A DNA stretch of 5,057 nucleotides, from IMG/VR virus record IMGVR_UViG_3300029749_000526; one strand, 5' to 3'. Shown one piece after another: positions 1 through 5,057 of the stretch. The notes under the pieces are model-generated. The model had not been told where the DNA came from. It searched no databases and saw nothing but the letters and a program-made list of their open reading frames with translations. This DNA is from a virus (taxonomy: Duplodnaviria > Heunggongvirae > Uroviricota > Caudoviricetes). Numbering within the stretch: the first letter of the stretch is position 1; every line of letters starts with the position of its first letter. The position numbers and the translations under genes are program-made.

Positions 1-636
1 GATCAGATATTTATGAACGAAGTGTTCCTGAAATACCTGACGGCTCCCACCATTACCAGCGGCGGTAATCCTCCGGCATTTTCCCTGACACCGGACGGGC
101 GGCTGACGGCGAAAAATGCCGATATCAGCGGTAACGTGAATGCGAACTCCGGGACGCTCAACAATGTCACGATTAATCAGAACTGCCGGATTCTGGGAAA
201 ACTGTCAGCCAACCAGATTGAAGGCGATATTGTTAAAACGGTGGGCAAAGCTTTCCCCCGGGACTCCCGTGCACCGGAGCGGTGGCCATCAGGGACCATT
301 ACCGTCAGGGTTTATGACGATCAGCCGTTTGACCGGCAAATTGTTATTCCGGCGGTGGCATTCAGTGGCGCTAAACATGAGCAAGATCATACTGATATCT
401 ACTCCTCATGCCGTCTGATAGTACGAAAAAACGGTGCTGAAATTTATAACCGAACGGCTCTGGATAATACGCTGATATATACGGGTGTTATTGATATGCC
501 TGCAGGCAGTGGTGTAATGACACTGGAATTTTCTGTATCGGCATGGCTGGTAAATGGCTGGTATCCCACAGCAAGTATCAGCGATTTGCTGGTTGTGGTG
601 ATGAAGAAAGCCACCGCAGGCATCAGTATCAGCTGA
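1..636 (+). CDS. J: Tail tip host-specificity protein J, C-terminal portion (5'-partial; the reading frame is open from base 1 and continues upstream of the window)
   Basis: Open frame from position 1 to TGA at 634-636. Its position immediately upstream of lom and stf matches the lambda J-lom-stf gene order. The translated C-terminus (…[32 protein letters not shown]) fits my recollection of lambdoid J receptor-binding C-termini. The ATG at 13 is internal, not the true start. Confidence 0.8.
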   Translation, partial: DQIFMNEVFLKYLTAPTITSGGNPPAFSLTPDGRLTAKNADISGNVNANSGTLNNVTINQNCRILGKLSANQIEGDIVKTVGKAFPRDSRAPERWPSGTITVRVYDDQPFDRQIVIPAVAFSGAKHEQDHTDIYSSCRLIVRKNGAEIYNRTALDNTLIYTGVIDMPAGSGVMTLEFSVSAWLVNGWYPTASISDLLVVVMKKATAGISIS

Positions 637-655
637 ATTTTATAACCCCAATACG

Positions 656-679
656 GGCGTCAGAAATGACGCCTTTTTT
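656..679 (+). terminator. Putative rho-independent terminator downstream of J
   Basis: Perfect 7-bp inverted repeat GGCGTCA (656-662) / TGACGCC (667-673) with a GAAA loop, followed directly by a T-run (674-679), 20 nt after the J stop codon. Confidence 0.6.
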
Positions 680-703
680 ATTGCAGAAAAGCGAGAGGTA
701 ATT

Positions 704-1303
704 ATGCGTAAATTATGTGCTGTTATTCTGTCCGCAGTAGTCTGGCTGGTTGCCGCTGGTACGCCAGCGAGCGCAGCAGAGCATCAGTCCACACTAAGCG
801 CCGGGTATCTTCAGGCCCATACTGATATGCCAGGCAGTGATGACCTGAAGGGCATTAACGTGAAATACCGTTATGAATTTACGGACACGCTGGGGCTGGT
901 GACGTCATTCAGTTATGCCAATGCCAAAGATGAGCAAAAAACGCATTACAGCGATACCCGCTGGCATGAAGATTCAGTGCGTAACCGCTGGTTCAGCATG
1001 ATGGCGGGGCCATCTGTACGCGTGAATGAATGGTTCAGTGCTTATGCGATGGCAGGTGTGGCTTACAGCCGTGTTTCGACGTTCTCCGGGGATTATCTCC
1101 GCGTAACTGACAACAAGGGGAAAACGCACGATGTGCTGACCGGAAGTGATGACGATCGCCACAGCAACACGTCTCTGGCGTGGGGAGCTGGCGTGCAGTT
1201 TAACCCGACCGAATCCGTGGCCATTGATATTGCTTATGAAGGCTCCGGCAGTGGTGACTGGCGCACTGACGGTTTCATCGTGGGTGTCGGTTATAAATTC
1301 TGA
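704..1303 (+). CDS. lom: Outer-membrane beta-barrel protein Lom (Ail/Lom family), a lambdoid lysogenic-conversion moron
   Basis: 199-aa ORF with a typical Sec signal peptide (MRKLCAVILSAVVWLVAAGTPASA/AEH), alternating amphipathic beta-strand character and a C-terminal aromatic residue (…GVGYKF) typical of outer-membrane barrels. Lies between J and stf as in lambda. GAGAGG Shine-Dalgarno at 693-698, 5 nt before the ATG. Confidence 0.9.
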   Translation: MRKLCAVILSAVVWLVAAGTPASAAEHQSTLSAGYLQAHTDMPGSDDLKGINVKYRYEFTDTLGLVTSFSYANAKDEQKTHYSDTRWHEDSVRNRWFSMMAGPSVRVNEWFSAYAMAGVAYSRVSTFSGDYLRVTDNKGKTHDVLTGSDDDRHSNTSLAWGAGVQFNPTESVAIDIAYEGSGSGDWRTDGFIVGVGYKF

Positions 1304-1330
1304 TTAGCCAGGTAACACAGTGTTATGACA

Positions 1331-1356
1331 GCCCGCCGGTTCAGGCGGGCTTTTTT
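1331..1356 (+). terminator. Putative rho-independent terminator downstream of lom
   Basis: GC-rich 7-bp stem GCCCGCC (1331-1337) / GGCGGGC (1344-1350) with a 6-nt loop, followed by TTTTTT (1351-1356), 28 nt after the lom stop. Confidence 0.65.
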
Positions 1357-1367
1357 GTGGAGTGGAT

Positions 1368-3764
1368 ATGGCAGCAGTAAAAATCTCAGGTGTGCTGAAA
1401 GATGGTGCGGGAAAACCAATACAGAACTGCACTATTCAACTGAAGGCAAAGCGTAACAGCACCACGGTACTGGTGAACACGGTGGCTTCTGAAAATCCGG
1501 ATGAAGCCGGACGTTACAGCATGGATGTTGAGTATGGCCAGTACAGCGTCACCCTGCTGGTTGAAGGTTTTCCGCCTTCACATGCCGGGACCATTACCGT
1601 CTATGAAGGTTCCAGACCAGGTACGCTGAATGATTTTCTCGGTGCCATGACGGAAGATGATGTCATGCCGGAGGCATTGCGCCGTTTTGAGGCAATGGTG
1701 GAAGAAGCGGCACGCAACGCCGAAGCCGCCTCTCAGAGCGCAGCGGCGGCAAAGAAATCCGAAACTGCAGCGGCATCATCGAAGAACGCGGCGAAAACCT
1801 CAGAAACGAATGCAGCTAACAGCGCACAGGCGGCAGCGGCCTCGCAGACTGCATCGGCAAACTCCGCGACAGCAGCCAAAAAATCAGAAACCAACGCGAA
1901 AAATAGCGAGACAGCCGCAAAGACGAGCGAAACCAACGCAAAGTCCAGCCAGACGGCAGCGAAGACCAGCGAAACGAATGCCAAAGCCAGCGAAACTGCG
2001 GCGAAAAGCAGTCAGGATGCAGCAGCTGAAAGCGAGAGTGCCGCAGCTGGTTCTGCGACTTCAGCAGCTGGATCAGCAACTGCTGCGGCTAACAGCCAGA
2101 AAGCAGCGAAGACGAGCGAAACCAACGCAAAGTCCAGCCAGACGGCAGCGAAGACCAGCGAAACGAATGCCAAAGCCAGCGAAACTGCGGCGAAAAGCAG
2201 TCAGGATGCAGCAGCTGAAAGCGAGAGTGCCGCAGCTGGTTCTGCAAGTGCGGCGGCTGCTTCTGCCACTGCATCAGCAAACAGTCAAAAAGCTGCAAAA
2301 ACCAGTGAAACCAACGCAAAGGCGAGCGAGACTGCGGCGGCTAACTCGGCGCAAGCATCGGCAGCAAGCCAGACAGCAGCTAAAGCAAGTGAAGACGCAG
2401 CCAGAGAGTATGCAAGTCAGGCAGCAGAGCCGTATAAATATGTCTTACAGCCACTGCCTGATGTGTGGATACCGTTTAACGATTCACTGGAAATGATTAC
2501 TGGTTTCGCCCCAGGTTATAAAAAAGTCACTATCGGTGATGATGTTATTACTTTTCCATCAGAGAAGGTTGTATCTTTCACCCGCTCTACTTCTGCAACA
2601 TATATAAACAAATCAGGTTCGTTTACTTTTGCAGAAATTAACGAGCCGCGCTTTGAAAAGGAAGGTTTATTAATTGAAGGTCAGAGGACAAATACATTTA
2701 CTAATAGCAATAATCCTTCATTATGGAACTATGACGACAAGAATATAGAAATAACCACATCGGTTGATGAATATGGTTTTAAATATGGTTTGTTCGATGT
2801 AAAGGAAACATCAACCACTGAAAGGGCGACGATAATATCTACTGGATACAGTAGGGTTATTGATGTTGCTGCAAATGAATCTGTTACCTTGTCCTGTAGG
2901 GTTAAGAAGATAAATGGAGAAGGTATTATAACGTTAAGACCCAGAATATCTTTCGTTAACGATGACGGCACAAGCAACACGCTGGTAGCTGGTTCCTACA
3001 TAGATTGCGAAACTGGTGATGTTTTAGGTTTTTCTGGTGGGGATGCTGTAAATCATGTCATATACAGAGAAGCTAACGGATGGTTACGCGTCGAATTTAC
3101 ATATAAATCACCAGAAGCAAAAAGCATGTATGGGCGCTTTGAAATGGGAGCAGATAAAAGGGCGATCAAAAAAGGCGATCAGATAATGTTTACTACGCCG
3201 CAATTTGAAAAAGGATCGTGTGCATCATCATTTATCGTTACATCAGATGTGGCAGTTACACGGGCTAGTGACGTGGTAATAATGCCAATAAGACTGAACT
3301 GGTCAACACCTCCGTTAAGCGTTCTTATGGAAGTTAATATCAACTGGGACAAAATGCCAAACAGTGAAGGTTCAGCAAGGCTTCTTAACGTGTCAATAAC
3401 TGGCGCAACAACGGATGTTGCTGATGAAAGTTATATGTATTTTGGTTTTACCTCTGGAGGCGCGCGCTCAATTATAACTAACGGAAAAGGAACAAAGACC
3501 GAGTATAAAGCCTACTGTAACAGGACAACCCGCAGGTTTATTGCTGGGTTTAAGTTTACAGAGCAGAAAGAATTGCGTGCTGTTATAAACGGTAACTTTG
3601 GCGCTGTTGGTGTATCACAACACACAAGACAACGTTATACAGAAGGGCCAATAAATATAGGCGGTCAATCAATATCAGGTAACAGGCATTTATTTGGACA
3701 CGTGCGCAATTTACGTATCTGGCATAAGGAACTGACAGATGCACAAATGGGAGAAAGAATATAA
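1368..3764 (+). CDS. stf: Side tail fibre protein (lambda Stf-like N-terminus and repetitive shaft, with a divergent C-terminal distal domain)
   Basis: Long ORF ending at TAA 3762-3764. I place the start at ATG 1368 (GGAG at 1359-1362, 5-nt spacer) rather than the in-frame GTG at 1362 used by the ORF track. The N-terminus (MAAVKISGVLKDGAGKPIQNCTIQLKA…RYSMDVEYGQYSV…GFPPSHAGTITVYE) matches my recollection of the lambda Stf N-terminal region. The central region is Ala/Ser/Thr-rich with reiterated KTSETNAK-type motifs, typical of fibre shafts. The C-terminal ~440 aa are compositionally distinct and not lambda-like. Confidence 0.85.
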   Translation: MAAVKISGVLKDGAGKPIQNCTIQLKAKRNSTTVLVNTVASENPDEAGRYSMDVEYGQYSVTLLVEGFPPSHAGTITVYEGSRPGTLNDFLGAMTEDDVMPEALRRFEAMVEEAARNAEAASQSAAAAKKSETAAASSKNAAKTSETNAANSAQAAAASQTASANSATAAKKSETNAKNSETAAKTSETNAKSSQTAAKTSETNAKASETAAKSSQDAAAESESAAAGSATSAAGSATAAANSQKAAKTSETNAKSSQTAAKTSETNAKASETAAKSSQDAAAESESAAAGSASAAAASATASANSQKAAKTSETNAKASETAAANSAQASAASQTAAKASEDAAREYASQAAEPYKYVLQPLPDVWIPFNDSLEMITGFAPGYKKVTIGDDVITFPSEKVVSFTRSTSATYINKSGSFTFAEINEPRFEKEGLLIEGQRTNTFTNSNNPSLWNYDDKNIEITTSVDEYGFKYGLFDVKETSTTERATIISTGYSRVIDVAANESVTLSCRVKKINGEGIITLRPRISFVNDDGTSNTLVAGSYIDCETGDVLGFSGGDAVNHVIYREANGWLRVEFTYKSPEAKSMYGRFEMGADKRAIKKGDQIMFTTPQFEKGSCASSFIVTSDVAVTRASDVVIMPIRLNWSTPPLSVLMEVNINWDKMPNSEGSARLLNVSITGATTDVADESYMYFGFTSGGARSIITNGKGTKTEYKAYCNRTTRRFIAGFKFTEQKELRAVINGNFGAVGVSQHTRQRYTEGPINIGGQSISGNRHLFGHVRNLRIWHKELTDAQMGERI
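1920..2245 (+). repeat. In-frame tandem direct duplication inside the stf shaft region (two copies of about 137 bp at a 189-bp period)
   Basis: The segment about 1920-2056 (…gacgagcgaaaccaacgcaaagtccagccagacggcagcgaagaccagcgaaacgaatgccaaagccagcgaaactgcggcgaaaagcagtcaggatgcagcagctgaaagcgagagtgccgcagctggttctgc) recurs at about 2109-2245 with apparent nucleotide identity. It encodes AKTSETNAKSSQTAAKTSETNAKASETAAKSSQDAAAESESAAAGSA twice. The 189-bp period equals 63 codons, so frame is preserved. Confidence 0.8.
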
Positions 3765-4045
3765 TGCGAGACTTAACCCTCAAATTCATAAACAAGGCCG
3801 ACTTTTCGGCCTTTATGGATAGCATTGGTTATGAAGATGACGAGGTAATGCAGAACAATGTTCTCATTGATGTGATAGGTAACGTGTACAAAGAAACCGG
3901 AGAACTTACTGAAGATGGCGAACCGGTATGTGTTAAGGAAGACGGATATTTTGTAAACGTGCGCATCATTAATGATGTGAAAACACCGTCAATATTCGAT
4001 GAATACGTGGTTGCTGTTGAGCATCAACTTCGTGGCTGGATGTGA
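3764..4045 (+). CDS. Hypothetical small acidic protein (93 aa), translationally coupled to stf; possible fibre accessory or chaperone protein
   Basis: The ATG at 3764-3766 overlaps the stf TAA stop (ATAATG) by 1 nt. GGGAGA lies upstream at 3749-3754. The ORF ends at TGA 4043-4045. The translation has 19 Asp/Glu against 8 Lys/Arg (estimated net charge about -11). I recognise no family from the sequence alone. Confidence 0.55.
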   Translation: MRDLTLKFINKADFSAFMDSIGYEDDEVMQNNVLIDVIGNVYKETGELTEDGEPVCVKEDGYFVNVRIINDVKTPSIFDEYVVAVEHQLRGWM

Positions 4046-4054
4046 GGGAGACAA

Positions 4055-4756
4055 ATGGCTACATCGACAGTAATTCCAGGAGATATCACCACGCTAAAGG
4101 GAGATGTCAGTAAAACTAAGGAAGATATTTCCTCAATTAACGGAAAAGTATCAACGCTTCAGATTGATATGACCAGTGCAAAGCAGGATATCAGCACCAG
4201 ATACACAAAAACTGAAGTTGATAATAAGCTGAAAAACAAAGTGGAAGCGAACGATCTGGAAAGCGGTCGTTATGGCGGTGATTTTTACCCGCTGACAGGT
4301 CGTGAAGCGTTTTATTTATGGAATTTGGCCACGACTACAGCTGCGGCAAACCTTTATCTTAATCCTGACCCCGCAATTTCGTCTGTTCTGCGGTCAACAT
4401 CGTCTATCCGCTATAAACATTCAGTAGAGACGATAGATTCAGAGCACGCCGATCTCATTTTCAAGATGCGCCCTGTGTGGTACAGGTCGCAATGCGAAAA
4501 TGACAGGCGTGACTGGGGATTCTACGGATTGATTGCCGAGGAAGTAGGAGAAATTGCCCCTCAGTTTGTACACTGGCGACCAGCTAACGAAGATGATGCA
4601 CCGGAAGCTATTTCCAGCAATGGCCTTGTTGCCGAAGGTGTGATGTACGAACGTCTGGTTGTTCCACTGATTCACCATATCCAGAAACTGACAGAAAGAG
4701 TTGATGAACTTGAGTCAGAATTAAAGCTGTTATCAACTTCCCGAAGCGATATCTGA
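4055..4756 (+). CDS. Tail-fibre-like protein with an N-terminal coiled-coil segment and a C-terminal peptidase S74-like intramolecular chaperone domain
   Basis: AGGGAG Shine-Dalgarno at 4045-4050, 4 nt before ATG 4055. The C-terminal ~115 aa (SSIRYKHSVETIDSEHADLIFKMRPVWYRSQ…GFYGLIAEEVGEIAPQFVHW…GLVAEGVMYERLVVPLIHHIQKLTERVDELESELKLL) follow the pattern I recall for the S74 chaperone-of-endosialidase domain (SDxxLKxNI…L+PVxY…GxIAQEVxxxxPElV…, ending in a coiled-coil). The N-terminal ~100 aa (DITTLKGDVSKTKEDISSINGKVSTLQIDMTSAKQDIS…) are heptad-like. Confidence 0.75.
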   Translation: MATSTVIPGDITTLKGDVSKTKEDISSINGKVSTLQIDMTSAKQDISTRYTKTEVDNKLKNKVEANDLESGRYGGDFYPLTGREAFYLWNLATTTAAANLYLNPDPAISSVLRSTSSIRYKHSVETIDSEHADLIFKMRPVWYRSQCENDRRDWGFYGLIAEEVGEIAPQFVHWRPANEDDAPEAISSNGLVAEGVMYERLVVPLIHHIQKLTERVDELESELKLLSTSRSDI

Positions 4757-4769
4757 TAAAGGAGGAGTA

Positions 4770-5057
4770 ATGGATATAAGCCCCTTACTTCATGCGCTTT
4801 GTGCTGTGGCTGCGCAGGTACTGGTTGGTTTTTTTACCGGAAACTGGGCTTACGGGGCGATAGCCGGTTGTACATTCTTCATTGCGCGGGAACACACCCA
4901 GGCAGAATATCGCTGGATTGAAATGTTCGGGCATGGCAAGCGGATTAACATGCCATGGTGGGGCGGTTTTGATCCACGTGCATGGGATGTGGCAAGCCTG
5001 ATGGATTTTGCTGTGCCGGTGGTGGCGTGTCTGCTGATCTGGATGTTGATCCGTTAA
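4770..5057 (+). CDS. Hypothetical small membrane protein (95 aa, 2-3 predicted transmembrane segments); possible moron or superinfection-exclusion candidate
   Basis: Strong Shine-Dalgarno AAAGGAGGA at 4758-4766, 3 nt before ATG 4770. The ORF ends at TAA 5055-5057. Hydrophobic stretches at residues ~5-22 and ~26-39 (PLLHALCAVAAQVLVGFF, WAYGAIAGCTFFIA) and ~74-94 (VASLMDFAVPVVACLLIWMLI) are separated by a charged, Trp-rich loop (REHTQAEYRWIEMFGHGKRINMPWWGGFDPRAW). It starts 13 nt after the preceding gene. Confidence 0.6.
   Translation: MDISPLLHALCAVAAQVLVGFFTGNWAYGAIAGCTFFIAREHTQAEYRWIEMFGHGKRINMPWWGGFDPRAWDVASLMDFAVPVVACLLIWMLIR

Noticed and set aside
140-418. 92-aa ORF in the +2 frame
   Set aside because: Lies entirely inside the J coding region in an alternative frame. 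The product is Arg/Pro-rich and low-complexity with no ribosome-binding site context; most likely a chance ORF.
637-703. Possible sigma70 promoter for lom (TATAAC-like -10 at 641-646)
   Set aside because: No convincing -35 element at appropriate spacing could be identified by eye, and the hexamer lies upstream of the terminator hairpin; too weak to annotate without prediction software or transcript data.
974-1162. 62-aa minus-strand ORF inside lom
   Set aside because: Fully antisense to the well-supported lom CDS, short, with no recognisable features.
1362-1367. GTG at 1362 as the stf start (as in the ORF track, giving MDMAAVK…)
   Set aside because: The in-frame ATG at 1368 has better Shine-Dalgarno spacing (GGAG 1359-1362) and gives the lambda Stf-like N-terminus MAAVKISG…; the GTG would overlap the ribosome-binding site itself.
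1733-2319. Three minus-strand ORFs (1733-1984, 1816-2079, 2089-2319) with Phe/Ala/Leu/Trp-rich products
   Set aside because: Antisense readings of the same repetitive stf segment. Their repetitive low-complexity translations and complete overlap with a well-supported + strand gene mark them as artefacts.
1720-2440. Possible CRISPR-like or other non-coding repeat array
   Set aside because: The repeats are in-frame coding repeats of a fibre shaft (period 189 bp, degenerate 8-aa motifs), with no short palindromic repeat and unique spacer architecture.
1657-2496. 279-aa ORF in the +1 frame, extremely Arg/Gln/Lys-rich
   Set aside because: Alternative-frame reading of the GC-rich repetitive stf shaft region; repeats in DNA produce long spurious ORFs in other frames. 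It is fully embedded in stf.
2729-2980. 83-aa minus-strand ORF inside the stf C-terminal region
   Set aside because: AT-rich regions generate chance antisense ORFs, and it overlaps the stf CDS completely.
3583-3825. 80-aa minus-strand ORF spanning the stf and 93-aa ORF junction
   Set aside because: Antisense to two coupled + strand genes, with no convincing start context; a chance ORF.
4439-4678. 79-aa minus-strand ORF inside the S74-domain gene
   Set aside because: Antisense to the region encoding the conserved S74-like motifs; a chance ORF.

Overview
This window looks like the tail-fibre end of a lambda-like (lambdoid) prophage or phage from an enterobacterium, with every supported gene on the + strand. 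In order: the 3' end of the tail-tip host-specificity gene J (partial), a terminator, the outer-membrane moron lom, a second terminator, a long side tail fibre gene (stf-like), and three tightly packed small genes. The side tail fibre is mosaic: a GC-rich, lambda-Stf-like N-terminus and Ala/Ser/Thr-rich repetitive shaft (including a 189-bp-period tandem duplication), then an abrupt switch to an AT-rich, unrelated C-terminal distal domain. The three downstream genes encode a strongly acidic 93-aa protein whose start overlaps the stf stop, a 233-aa coiled-coil protein with a C-terminal peptidase-S74-like intramolecular chaperone domain, and a 95-aa predicted membrane protein. This swapped fibre tip plus its three-gene cassette is the best candidate for something undescribed, most plausibly a host-range or accessory module; nothing in the sequence positively indicates a defence system. 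All homology statements are from recollection of protein families and reading of the translations; no database search was possible. No tRNA, rRNA, CRISPR array, integrase or att site is evident.
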